From contig JASJQH010000011.1 in assembly GCA_040143965.1 (NCBI GenBank), positions 1 through 57,112 of the forward strand: a stretch of 57,112 nt of DNA, given 5' to 3'. This DNA comes from Basidiobolus ranarum. Lineage: Eukaryota. Positions 20,709-33,409 of the stretch are shown here, piece by piece (positions within the stretch are counted from its first letter, which is position 1; the number at the start of each line of letters is the position of its first letter). Both the position numbers and the translations under genes were made by a program. The notes under the pieces are model-generated. The model made no database searches. It was not told the DNA's origin and saw only the letters and a program-made list of their open reading frames with translations.

Positions 20709-23700
20709 TTATGAGCCAAATTGACTAGGCCCTTGATTGGGCAATTGATTTTGTGGTGTACCTCGACCACTCCCTCTCATTAAAGGTAACATTCCTCTAC
20801 CTTGTGATAGAGCTAAATTTGGGTTTCGAACTTGCATAGGAATGGAAGTACCACTAGGGTTTCCATGATTCATACCCATATTGTGGGCTGCCATTTGCTG
20901 TTGGAGTAACTGCTGTTGCCATAGAAGTTGGTTCCGTTGATTTAAGGCGAACATTTGAGGGGTCACTAGTAGAGTTAAAGCATTAGTCATACATAAGAAA
21001 TCCTGCCGTTTACTTGGCATCTTTACTTACTTCCATTAGGTAAATTAACTGGCTGTCCGTTCGGACTCGTCATCTGGTGCGGAACGTTACCTGTAGGCTA
21101 AAATTCACGTTGAAATGGGTGGAATTTAATAAAGTCAGTGGTGTTTGTCAATGGATTGTGCTTTACTTACCCGTACTTGTAGCATTTGTTGTGGTGGTGG
21201 GGGCTGTAAAGGCGAAGTGCGGAATTGCAAAGAGGCCTGCGCTACTGAAAGTGAAGGCTGAGGGGGTGATTGTTGATGTTGCTGTGGAGATATTGACATT
21301 TGTTGATTAGATATGGACGGTGATTGGCCCATCTCCTGTCTTTGCAACATTGGCGATGAATTCTGGCTAAACTGTATAGGTGAAGATAATTGAGAGTGCT
21401 GCTGGTGGGGCGACTGTAGCTGCTGCTGTGATGGAGAAAATTGCTGTTGTTGATTTTGCGGAGAAGGTACTGACAGGAGGGGACTTTGCTGCTGCGTCTG
21501 CTGTGCTTGTTGTCGCTGCTGCTGTTGTTGCTGTAGAGCCCGTTGCATCATCAACTGCTTCTTTCTAATAAGCTGTTGTTTGAGTTGATTTAACTGTTGA
21601 GGAGTTAAATTTTTCATTCCTTTACTCTGAGCAAATTGCTGTAGACTCAAAGACAGCGCATCCTGCGGAGTAGCACTACTTGTAGAGGTAGACGGTATTC
21701 CGTTTGTGTTGGCAGGGGTAATATTCCCAGGCAAAATCGCTGGCGTTTGGAGATTTCCACCGACTGGAGGAGAAGCACTGGCCTGTTGCGCCTGAAAAAG
21801 GTGTGCTTGTAAAGGAGAATGCTGTGGTTGAGATGATGAGGAATCCAAATGTGATGGTAGCTGGGTAGGTAGTTGAGCCGGCAAACTCGGTGTGGTTTGA
21901 GGTTGAGTTGGTGATATTTGAATTGGAGGTTGTGGTAATGGTGCCGGCTGGGGAGGTTGTTGTACTGAAGGAATAGCTTGCGGCAGAGTTCGAGCAATCG
22001 GTTGAGTTTGGGCGAGCATAAGCAAAGGATTTTGAACATGCGATAGAAGATGTGGGCTTTGAGAAGATGTCGGCTCTGGCTGTTGATCTTGTGTAGAAGC
22101 TTGCAGTGAAGGCGATGGTGCTGGAGAAGAGAATGCGATCAAAGAGTCGTCAGATATCAATTTGTGATCAATTTCAAAGATTCTTTTAGCATTCTCAATA
22201 TACATTTGAAGCGTACTCTTCGAGCCAATATGGAACCTACAGGCAAAAAGGACGGATTAATCATATGGACATCAACTAGTTTATCATTAAGTACGTACTT
22301 CATCGTATTCCCATTAATGCTAGTGTTCGGAGCAGCTCCTATGCGCAACAACCCATCAAATTCCGATGTATTACCGTCCAGATATATATTGATTATGGTA
22401 TACAATGTATCTGATAGCAAGGCAAGTTAGACAATCAACTGACAATAAGTAGCAGCTATAAAGCACTTACGTCCCCCTGCCTCTTTGGCGAACCTCAGAG
22501 TTCTAACTATCTGCTTGTTGTCGTGGGTAGGTGGCAATGGCTCGATGATTTGACGATCTAGAGGCGAAAAGAGTGTTAGTAAGCTCGAAATTTAGTGCAT
22601 GCAATGTATCAGAAACATACTCTTCAATTTTTTGGTAACCAAGCCTTGCGATGGCTCAGCATCAGCCATGGTTTTCCTTTTCCGCCAATCCTGTACAAAA
22701 GATAACCGGCCAAATCTGTTGGAAGATACTGGTGAGTGAAGAAGTTCAAAAGTGAAGGTGCAATAAGAAATGCATACGTAGGTTGGAATTCTCTTTGATA
22801 ACGCTACAAGACAAACGGTTAGAACTAGAAGTCAGGCAATTGCTAGGCTGAATAACATATACCTCATCCATCATCATCATGGTTTTCTCCTTCTCAGCCT
22901 TTTCAGCAGATTCCGTCTCTTTCTCCACGGATATTCTCTTCTTCCGCTTCTTGACCTTTCGAATATTTCCATAGTTACACATGGTGTTACTAATTCGAGT
23001 GACTTGGAACGACGGATCCAAGCATAAGGGCTCTTCGGTGGCAAGCTTTGGGGATATGTTAGCAGTCAATCTCAGGGATACAGGCTGTAAGCATAAATTT
23101 ACGAACCAGTATCTTCGACTCCACCTCTAGGGTGAAATCTTCGGACCAGAAACTGTCACATTTTTCATTAAGCAAGCACAGATCAGACCATAGCGTTTCT
23201 GCGTTCGGGGTAAGTAGCACTCTGTGAGTATTGGCGTTAGACGCATGAATATCGGCCAAGTGGATTTCACGGTAGTCATGAATCTCTGCTATGATACATC
23301 CTTCAAGAAGCACATATTATGTCAGCTACCATACCCACGATCAAAATTACATCAACAAAACTCATTACCTTCGTAGTATTGGCACTGCGCTTCGTCGAAA
23401 ACATCCACTAAATCGGGTGGAATTCGTTGCTTGTTTAGGTAATCCAAAAAATTCTAGTGAAGAAATTTGTGTTTAGCAACGAAGTAGACGGTAAAGTGAT
23501 ATGGACCATGGATGTTTAGATGCTATAAGATATCTAAAGATACATACTTTCATTGAGCTACTGAACAGAAACACTCCATCCTATTTTCAAAATGTTTTAA
23601 AACTGTTAGTCATCAAGTTTTCTTCAGCCTGCCTGAAGCGGGACAGAAATGAAAAAGGACAAGTACCTGTTTCTCGAACTTGAAATGAGTTGGAAATATG

Positions 23701-24106
23701 TGCAAGACAAAAGAAGGAGGCGAGTCTTTATGGCGCTCCAAAATCTCTGTGATTCATTAATGTTAAGAACATAACGTGTCAAAAAGGAAAAGGTTAGCGA
23801 ATGGTGAGGGAACGCGCAATAAGAAACCCGATAAAAACCTTTTTGTTTTTTCTAATTATTAAACACGTCCAAAGAAAGTTCGTGTTCAAAAGAGAATAAT
23901 AAATCGATAGAAAGTTTGACAGTTAGTATGTTATTGCCTCGAACCTCTCTTCACGAAAACAACCTTACCACATCTAGTGACACGGGAGGGTCAGCAGGCT
24001 TTTCAGCGTTAAGGGAGGTCCACTGCTTCACTCCGTTCAATTCCCATTTTTCGGGTTCTGTTTGAGCCAATGTCGTGGATCCAGAATCCACTTGGTCAAC
24101 GCGCAT
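20709..24106 (-). CDS. SPT20: SAGA subunit Spt20-like protein with Q/P-rich C-terminus, many exons
   Basis: ILERHKDSPPSFVLHIFPTHFKFEKQ, EGCIIAEIHDYR, RVLLTPNAETLWSDL, LEVESKIL|LATEEPLCLDPSFQV are Spt20-domain hallmarks; start at 24106 tentative. Confidence 0.8.
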
Positions 24107-24963
24107 ACTTCAAATAGAATAGATGAGCTTTCTTAATCTTTGCCTTCTTAGGTAGCTTCAAAGTATGTTTGTCAGAGTAGTATAAAACAGCTTTAACCAA
24201 GTTTCTTATTTTAGATTTAGTGGGTTGCTGTGCTTTCTCTTTACTCCTTTATAACTATGGGTTTCCTTTTGTTTCAATAAATACTTCCACAGACAAAACT
24301 GGAAAAGGATATCTTCAAGATCAAGAATAATAGCGTAAGTTTAGTGAAGGTGATAAGGTTTCTATTTTGGAAATACGATCAGGATTTCCTGAGGATGTCT
24401 TTCTTCACTCACGTACCTTAAGAAACTAAAAACAATCAAGTGTGAATAGTTGATTGTAGGACAACGAGATAGGAGAGACGAACAAATAATTTACCAATAT
24501 AAAATGGCGACCGTTGTTAACTGGCCAAGAATTGAGAGACAGAAGGTTAAAAGTTGTGTTTACTTAACAAATATCAATAGCTATTCAGAGCAAGTATGAT
24601 TGTGATGGGTAATGCTAGAAGGAAGGGGGGACATCATAACCCAATGATTTTACGGAAGTATGAAATTCATGGTCAAAAATTCCTTATTCATCTGGTCCAC
24701 TCCATCATGGTTATTTTATATATTTTTGCAGAAATTATCCCGTTCCTAATTCCCCTATATTAAACGATTGATGAAATTGTGGTAAAATGGAATGAATTTG
24801 AAATGGGATATATATTACGAGGATTCTAGTGATTAAGTGAATTTTATTGCATGATAACTGTAAGCAAATTAAATAATTCGGGGTTTATCTGCGGATCGTT
24901 GTTTATACATTTAAATTAAGGGTATTAAGACAATAAGACAACCGATATACCGTGCATACAAGC

Positions 24964-25485
24964 TCAACTCTTGAGAGAGATCACTCGTCGAATTTCCTTG
25001 GAGGCGTGCAAGAAGGAGATACTTCTTAGACTATGGAGTTTAGTGGAGGATTTCTCTACGCTACCAGACATTCTTTTTGCAACCCTTAGTTCAGTTTCCC
25101 TAACTGGAGCTGAATCGGTGCTAGTTTTGTTGGTACGTTGTTGCCACAAAAGAAATAGACTCTTGCGGAATTGTTTGAGCTTGATCATTGTACGATTTCC
25201 CTCTAATTGTCGGGTGTTGCCAGTAGGCTCGGTGTCCTTATTGACAGTGTCCTTGTCCGCAAGTGCTTCCTGTCCAGGATTTCCCAATGTACCGTCAAGC
25301 TATGATTGATTGTTGGTTAGTATGATACCGGTAAATAGGACAGAGACAAAACTAACCAGAGCTTGACGTTGTGCTTCGATCTCTTTGCGCATCTTTTGGT
25401 GCTGACTATCGAACTCAGCTATCAACTCCAAAGTAAAGTCTGTGGAATGCTGAAGCAGCTCTTTATCGAGGGGTAAATTACTCAT
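24964..25485 (-). CDS. Hypothetical two-exon protein, N-terminal coiled coil
   Basis: Exon 1 MSNLPLDKELL...EIEAQRQAL|GTTAG intron ...CATAG|LDGTLGNPG... joins two ORFs in frame; no family recognised. Confidence 0.55.
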
Positions 25486-25843
25486 TATGTGTTAAACGAA
25501 AGTGTATCTATGATTGTATGAGGACTTGACGATGGACAGGAGATGTATTTAACTAGAAATAAGATGCAAGCGAACAGTCAATGTGTGCTGCTATGTAACC
25601 CTTAAAGGATGATTGTGGGCTGTAGGGAACATATGTTAATAGGCGATCTTAAATGCCACTCATCATCGCTGGTTAGATCGCCGGTTATGTATAGAAGTGG
25701 TATCAACAGCCCCTGTGCAATGATCAGAAAACGGATGGATTAAATTTCGCCTTTATTTTGTACATTAGTTTCTATGTGTAAATGGGAGGTGCTTAGGTGG
25801 GAAAATCACAAATATCGATGTGCAAACAATCCAATTTCATCAA

Positions 25844-27212
25844 TTACTTTTGGGCTGGTTTTCTGCCAGTTTTCTTCCATGCCTGGGTACGAGTGCGTAC
25901 ACGAGCCTTTTTGTTCTTTACGGAACGTTCTCCTTCCAGCATTGTCTTGGGCTTCATCTGAAAAAAGAATTAGAATTCCAAATTGGGAGGTTGCCGATGG
26001 TTTTATGGACTTACAGTTTTTCCTCGGGGCTTCTTGACGTCATTCTTGGATTTGTCCGAGTTCTTAACAGGATTCTTCCCTTTAACCATATCTGTTTCAG
26101 AGCATCGGAAAACACGAAGTTTACGGGTACCCATTTTGCTTTCGTGAAGCTGCAGGGCTAAGCCGACAGCTGGTCTCTCCTAAAATGATGTTAACAAAGC
26201 GGAGACAACGAATTTGCTACAAAAGTATGTACCTTGAACTGTACGTAACCGAAGCCTTTGCCCACGTTAGTGGTTTTATCACGAATGATTCGGACATTTA
26301 CCACCTCTCCGCATTGAGTGAAATGCTGCCATAAATCCTCTTCATCCACATCGAATGCTAAATTACCGACAAATACTGAAGTCTTACGATCTTGACTCTA
26401 ATTGCCAACGAGTTAGAATGAGAGCAAAAATAAATGAGTCTTTCATGCAAATTACCCCGGTGTTATCAGATTTGTCTACACGTAAATGTCTTTCCAAGAA
26501 CATAGTTCCATTAGTCTTCAGAGCTGCCTGAGCACCAGCCTTCTCCTTGTAAACAATGTATGCGTTCACCGAGTTTCTCTCGGGGTGAAGATTCTTGTTA
26601 ATGAATGCAGCTTTACGAGGCATTAATTCAGCAAAGGCCTAGCGACATGTTATTAGAGAAAATTCAACTTGAATCACAACTCTGTAGAAACTTACAACTG
26701 AACGGAAACGAATGCTCTCGATCTCACCGAATTCTGCAAATCTAGCCTTTAACTGCTTATATTCAGTTTTGTTGATGACTGATACTGACAAATTTCCAAC
26801 AAATATTGTGCGAGCAATTTTTTCTGGTTCATCCTCTTTAACTTTGGTTTCCTTCTCACCGATTTTGCCTGAGGCTTCTGTTTTACCCATTCTAGAGACA
26901 TTTCTTTCACTAGCAGGCTTTGCGTTGACTCTTTGCTTCTTTACTGGTTGTCCATCACTATCCTCATCCTCAGCCTCGGCTTCTTTTCTCTTCTCAATCT
27001 CTTTTTTAGCTGGTTTTACTGCTCTAGTAGTAAGGACCGGAGGAGGAAGGCTTGAGGCACCAGCCTAATAATGATAAAAGTTTAATAACATCCTAGGAGT
27101 TAAATATACAGGAGGAACTCACGCTATTCTTAAAGAGATCGTCAAGTTTTGAATCGACTTTCGCACCACCTAAAAGTGATTGCGCTAATTGACCTGGCAC
27201 GTAATTTGACAT
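25844..27212 (-). CDS. NOP12: Nucleolar two-RRM protein (Nop12/RBM34-like), multi-exon
   Basis: [64 protein letters not shown], Lys-rich tail ending [11 protein letters not shown]. Confidence 0.85.
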
Positions 27213-27534
27213 AATATCTTTAGATATTTGATAAAGGGGAGAGGACTACAGGTAAGAATGAATTAACACGACAATAATCTTCTCACAAAAAATGGATTTT
27301 TTTCTCATGAAAGTATTCTCCAAGTTTTTTTTATTTTTTTTTATGAATCGAACAAGTCTAAGTTAATCATGCTTAGTGATTTTGGTTAGACGCCTCAGTC
27401 TAGATGTGATATTTAGTCCAGTTTAATTACTGAGACGCCTTAGTGAGGCACCCTTCACTTACCCATTAAATATGACCGCATATTATTACCTTAATCCTAA
27501 CATGAATCATCTGCTTACATATCAAATGCTTGCA

Positions 27535-27619
27535 TAACCCTAACCCTAGCAGCATCAAAGTCAAAATGGGCCAGTGCTGATCTATGCCATTCTATACTCT
27601 GTATAAACCCTAACCCTAA
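27535..27619 (+). promoter_or_regulatory. Two interstitial telomere-like (TAACCC)2 boxes in the NOP12 / PTP divergent intergenic region
   Basis: TAACCCTAACCCTA 27535-27548 and AAACCCTAACCCTAA 27605-27619. Confidence 0.5.
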
Positions 27620-28438
27620 GATCGATCTGAGCAAGTTGCTGCTTCGGCTTATAATCCCACATTACTATGATGTCAATTTGGGGAACACATGATTTGCCCT
27701 CAGAGCCGATATATCCTTCAGTGTCCCAGATAAGGGTAATCATGTCGTATTTATGACGTATTATTTGACCATCTTAGGCCTTTCCCAACAGTTTCGCAGT
27801 ATTAGTAATTTTTACGTGTTGGTAGCTGCACTGTGACTTTTCCTTGGCTGCAACAATCATCTGCTTGCTTGGAATACCAAGGAAAAAAGGAGGAAATGGT
27901 GTAGGAAATGATGTAGGAAATGGCAGCAATCGTGATGGTCTAGGAGATAATGGTAGCAACCCTATGTCCACACTGCTGGAGTCAAATCTATATGACAAAT
28001 GGTAAACTAAAAGTATATCCATAAGCGTATTAATATCTTCCTAAATCCACCAATAGAGTTGAGAGGCACTACAACATTAGATCATTAGTCTGAGAGACCA
28101 GAAATCACAAAAGTCATGTCCATCAGTCATCTGCCCGTTTATAGGCTATATCGATGCCCGTCGCTCACCTGGGGTTTTCAATAAATAATCCGATGTTTGA
28201 GTAGACCCCCGATTATTTAGTGTAGCAACCATCGCCATCATCGCCATCTTCCTTTTCATTTACATTCCCTTTTATCCCATTTTGTTATATTTCAATACAC
28301 GCTCTACCGCGAACTTTAAAAACACTTCTCTATATATCCATAGCAATCGTTGTTTCTTCTATAACACAAGCGGTAGCACTTTCCTGCGATATATACTTCT
28401 AGATACATACATATTAGAAACAAGCCCAAAAGTGCAAA

Positions 28439-30523
28439 ATGACAATAGGTCTTTCGTACAAACCGAGTCACATTTCACTTCCGGATACTTCACCATACTT
28501 TCCACGAAATGGTAAATCCCCAAGTAAAATGTATACGACGAACCCCCTGGATTCTCCAATTATCTCCCCTCGGGTTTCTTCTCCCCGCTCACCATGTGGT
28601 TCTGGAATGAAGAACTACTTTTCTCCGAGTGAAGCACAATCGCCACAAACCAATGAGTCATTGTCGCGTTTCAACTTCCTTAGCATGCAAGCCACTAAGA
28701 ACAGGCAGTCAGATAATTCTCCCAAAAGACAAATACCCAATAACTCCGACTCAAGTTTGAGTAATTTCAGAACAGTCACTCCCGAGTTGTTGGCAGAGCT
28801 TATGCAAAGCAACAACCCTAGTCAAGTGCTGATTATTGATATGCGCTCTTTTGTTCACTACTCTCAATCACACATTAATGACGCCGTGAACCTCTGTATT
28901 CCCAATACATTACTCAAAAGACCCTCTTTTGGTGTGGAGAAGCTTGCCGAAACCTTGATCACAGAAAACGATCGAAAAATACTAAATAATTGGATGAATT
29001 ACGCTAGTATTGTAATGTATGATGCCTCCTCCGAGTTTATTGCTGATAATACCCCAATCATTCATCTCGCCAAGAAGTTTATGGGAAAAGCTAGTTCCGT
29101 CTCCATAGGTTGGCTGAAGGGTGGATTTGATAACTTCCAATCGAAGTTTTCAAATTTATGCAAAGTTAACAGTATCATACCAGCCAAAGTATCAGCCAGT
29201 AAGCCTCTACCATCACCTTCTACTTTTTTGGCGGGCCCTCTTACTTGTCCTACACCTACTCTTGGTGGTATGACTACACCTTTCTTCAATAATATCAGAC
29301 CACACCATGATGTTACATGCGAACTTGGGGAAATTGTAGCAGTTCGTACACCAGTCAAGTCGCAGAACCCTGTTTCTGGACTCCCACCTTTTCTTGCCGA
29401 TGTTGCCTACAACGCGCAAGGAAAGTACAAATTATCACAAACATTCAAACGTATCGATAAGGTTGAACAAAAACGTTTGCAGTCTTTACTTATTGCGCAA
29501 GCACATCACGTTTGTCAGTCCAATCCATATAGCATAGCTGCCGGCATTGAGCGTGGTTCAAAGAATCGTTATAATAACATATGGCCCTATGAGCACTCCA
29601 GAGTGAAACTCGAACATTCTGGCAGATCTGACTCGGACTACATCAACGCCAGTTTCATCCATAGTAAAGGTATCTCAAGTCAATATATAGCTACACAGGC
29701 GCCTCTACCATCTACCTTCTCCGATTTCTGGGAAATGATATGGGAGCAAAACTCGCGAGTCATTGTAATGCTTACTAAAGAAGAGGAAGCCGGAAGAATC
29801 AAGTGCCACAGATATTGGCCAGACACCATTACTTCACCACCGATCACATATGAGGAAAATGTTCAAGTAAAGCTGGTATCCGAATCCCTACCACTAGAGA
29901 ATGATACTACTGTGACACTTCGGAACCTCATTTTAACCAATCTCCATACTGGTGAGGAGCGCAGTATACATCAACTTCATTTTATTGGATGGCCTGACTT
30001 TGGGATTCCTACTGATCCTACTGGCGTCTTGGGTCTGCGTGATATCGCACATGACATTCAACAATCGCAAGAGTCAGGGCCGATGATTGTTCATTGTAGC
30101 GCTGGATGTGGTAGAACCGGAGCATTTTGTACTATTGACACAGTGCTTGAAACCCTAGCATCCAAGCAACAATCGATAAATACCCTCCAGGAAGATATGA
30201 TTGCCGAAGTAGTTGATCAATTTCGGGATCAGCGTCTATCTATGGTCCAAACCCTACGACAGTTTGTCTTCTGTTATGAAGCAGTTCTATGGAGATTAGT
30301 AGGGGCACCAGGTTGTCAAAGGAAGAGTACTGGCGTTTCCAAGCCCATCAAACCAGTTAGTATGCCACATGTAGCTCAGCACAACGCTGACCCTGTCCCT
30401 AAATCTTCTCAGACTGAGCTCATCCTGAACCCTCCGTCTGGTGCAGATTTCTTTTCCTTTTCACCTAGTCATAATACTTCACTTTCGTTTAACGATCCAC
30501 GACGCACATCGTATTTTGGTTAA
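28439..30523 (+). CDS. Rhodanese-domain tyrosine-specific protein phosphatase (Pyp1/Ptp2/3-like), 694 aa
   Basis: LIIDMRSF...SHINDAVNLCIPNTLLKR rhodanese domain; KNRYNNIWPY, DYINAS, YIATQAP, WPDFG, VHCSAGCGRTG, MVQTLRQF. Confidence 0.95.
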   Translation: MTIGLSYKPSHISLPDTSPYFPRNGKSPSKMYTTNPLDSPIISPRVSSPRSPCGSGMKNYFSPSEAQSPQTNESLSRFNFLSMQATKNRQSDNSPKRQIPNNSDSSLSNFRTVTPELLAELMQSNNPSQVLIIDMRSFVHYSQSHINDAVNLCIPNTLLKRPSFGVEKLAETLITENDRKILNNWMNYASIVMYDASSEFIADNTPIIHLAKKFMGKASSVSIGWLKGGFDNFQSKFSNLCKVNSIIPAKVSASKPLPSPSTFLAGPLTCPTPTLGGMTTPFFNNIRPHHDVTCELGEIVAVRTPVKSQNPVSGLPPFLADVAYNAQGKYKLSQTFKRIDKVEQKRLQSLLIAQAHHVCQSNPYSIAAGIERGSKNRYNNIWPYEHSRVKLEHSGRSDSDYINASFIHSKGISSQYIATQAPLPSTFSDFWEMIWEQNSRVIVMLTKEEEAGRIKCHRYWPDTITSPPITYEENVQVKLVSESLPLENDTTVTLRNLILTNLHTGEERSIHQLHFIGWPDFGIPTDPTGVLGLRDIAHDIQQSQESGPMIVHCSAGCGRTGAFCTIDTVLETLASKQQSINTLQEDMIAEVVDQFRDQRLSMVQTLRQFVFCYEAVLWRLVGAPGCQRKSTGVSKPIKPVSMPHVAQHNADPVPKSSQTELILNPPSGADFFSFSPSHNTSLSFNDPRRTSYFG

Positions 30524-30887
30524 ACAGCGCTTGATAAAAGAGCATCTAGTATTGTAAATATTCGCTGTATCATTAGTATTAATTACTAGCAATCACCAAT
30601 TATCATCCTAATCATGTATTGCATTGAAAAGAGCCATTTACATTTAATTTGTGTGGTTGTTAAAATCAAAATAAATCCAACAAAAAGGCAATTATCGAAT
30701 GGAAACTGGCAAAGAAAATTAGTTCTCCCTTTATGTAGATTCAGATACACTCAATAATCATAGGAATTCTGTATATATAGGTTAAGTGTAATTTAACTTG
30801 ACTCTAAGTGAATATATAAAAAGTACCGAAATCAATGAAGGGAAAATATATAGTGTATTTGTCATGCAGGAAGGATCAGGTGATTCT

Positions 30888-32910
30888 TTATTCTTCATCG
30901 GAAGTATCATCTCCAGCGGGTCCTCCACCTTTTTGCTGAGCACGGAGCTGGGCCATTTGTCCAGCAATAGAATCCTCCTCGGGTTCGGAAATATCATCTT
31001 CGATTTCTTCTTCAACGGGAAGAACTGAGGTATCTTGGACACAAAGCTCGATATCAGCTCTCAAGTCAGTGCCAACTTGAGAATCACTCTTTACAAAAAC
31101 AGTGAAGGGATAGTTTCCGGCACGTGGGGGTGCTTGGAACTGGAATTTCACTGTCTCCTTGTGGTCAAATGACAAGTTGCGCACCTTAGTGAAAGGAAGG
31201 ATTATGCGGTTGCCCTTAGCATCGCAAATGATGACCCACCAAAAAGGTCTCTTATCTAATGGGAAATAAGGAGAATGAATTCGAATGGGTTTCAGGTTTT
31301 CAGTCTCCTTGTCATGGTGATGATGGTGGTGTTCATCCTCGTCATCTGACTCGTCCGCTTCCTTTTCTTCACTAGATTTGTGTTCAGCCTGATAACGGGC
31401 CGATGTCAAACTCAACTTGACTACACAAGTAACAATGGCACCAGTAGTGATGACTTCGTCACCAATAACCTTGAAATATGCCTTATCAATTTGAACAGTA
31501 GGATAATCCATTGCAACATTCATCAGGTTCTCGTACTTCTCAGTGGAAAGATCACGGAGAACTAACTTTCTTTCTTCATTGGGGAGCTCGATAAAGTGTT
31601 TGACAGAGCGAACCTTCTTGTTAGCGAAAGCTCTTGCAAGTTCCTGATCAATGTAAGGAAGCTGGAGGAGGGCTGATTTGTGAACTTCAAGGCCTTGAAC
31701 CAACATCTGTGATAATTCCATACAACGAAGACTAGTATCCAACCAACTGTGCGCGCAGGAAATCTGGAGCATACCAAGAGTCAAATGGATTGACTTGGTA
31801 ATAATCTCCTTCTGATCAGAAGCTAAGCTTGGATCTTGAACGGGAACACGTTTGATGTAAGCAGTGATTAATGCGTGGGCCTTAACGCAATAAGGTGCGG
31901 TATACTTCTTGGATTTCATATATATCTCACCACGCTCTTCAAGAGTTTGCTCAAGTAATTTTATCAATTTGGGGATTTCCACTGCATCAGTAGGCTTGAA
32001 TGTAACTTCTTCCTTAAATTCAGCGCTAGTAGAGAGAAGACCGACCAATTCCTGGAGAGAAATACTGGGCTTCAACTGCTTGTAATAAGTAGCCATAGTT
32101 TGGTTCAGAATCTTATCTTTGGTATAACGAAGTGATTGGTACCACCAGCGTCCAACGTATAGAGGTAAAAAGAAGCCAAATAAGACACCATAAATGGCGA
32201 GAACGAAAAAGGAGTTACCCGACTCTACGAGCCATGAGGGAAGGGCAATACCAAGAGACATCGATTGACGGCCATCAGGATGGCCAAACTCCTCGTAATT
32301 CTTTCTAATTTCGTCATCTGTAAGAACTTTGTAGGCTTTAGTGAGCTCGACAAATTTGCTTTCCGCCTCTTCAGCCATATCGGAGCTAACCTTGTCAGGA
32401 TGCCATTTCAAACTAAGTTTTTTGTAATGTTTTTTAACTTCCTTGGTGGTGGCACCGGTTTCGATACCAAGAATCTCATATGGATCCCAAATGTTCGTCT
32501 CAATAACAGTAGTAGAGGCTTTATATGCGAGAAAACCAAACAATATCCAACCAAGAATAATGAGTATGAGCCTGAAGCAAGAAGGGTTAAATAAAGCTAC
32601 AAATATTCATCTCATAAAGAATATAGTTACTTTTTGCTCACGACATTGGTCTTCTTTTGAGCGCTCAAAGCTGCTTCTTTTTTAAGACAAAGATCACAAC
32701 GACAAGCGCGTGGATCCTTTCCAGCGACTGAATAATTATTAAAAGTTAGTAAACAAAGAATTATTTTCTTTTGAAATATAAAGAAAGACATAACTAGTTA
32801 CCTTTAGTTTTTCTAAAAAGAGAGATAGTAGTAGGAACAAGGGCCATTCCTACTACTGACAAAAGAAAGTAATTAAAGGTTGCACCCGACTCATCATATT
32901 CGTACTTCAT
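30888..32910 (-). CDS. SEC63: ER translocation component Sec63 (J domain + Sec63/Brl domain); one intron near the 5' end
   Basis: MKYEYDESGATFNYFLLS N-terminus, WDPYEILG, WHPDK, YEEFGHPDG, GIALPSWLV, acidic EDDISEPEEDSIAGQM tail. Confidence 0.95.
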
Positions 32911-33368
32911 TTTAAATGAATATGGTATGTAAACTGTTTAACCAAGTAGGAAGGACGATAAATTCCCAAGCCTACAATTGTTAAGCGAAGAATATGAGCT
33001 AAAGGTTGACTTCAAATTACAACTTCCTATTGTAAACTTTTTAAAGGGTACAATAGTTGGCGAATTGATAGGTAAAAAATGATTGAAATCCGGAAATACT
33101 ATCGATTTGATGAATCTATGCGTGCCACTACAACAATATCAATGCCCACAACTTGCTAGCATTCATATGACATTCCCAATCATAAATCTCAATCACAGGT
33201 CATTTTGGCCAATCAATTATTGGCAACGAAGCAAAGTAATCCGAGAATGCTTATTAAAATCGATGATTTATACTCAATCAAAAGTAGCCATGGCAGCAAC
33301 GTAGCTAATCCAACAATGCTGCTTAAGATATTGACTAAATTGAGCATCCAAAGGAATGAAGTTTAAGA

Positions 33369-33409
33369 GTCACGTGGTTCTTGTGACGGTTATTTAGGGT
33401 TAGGGTTAA
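33369..33409. promoter_or_regulatory. GTCACGTG (Cbf1-type E-box) next to TTTAGGGTTAGGGTTAA (Tbf1-type/telomere-like)
   Basis: Motifs read directly at 33369-33376 and 33393-33409; function inferred. Confidence 0.4.

Noticed and set aside
27535-27619. Telomerase RNA template or chromosome end
   Set aside because: Only ~2 repeats, occurring at several promoters; no other supporting structure visible
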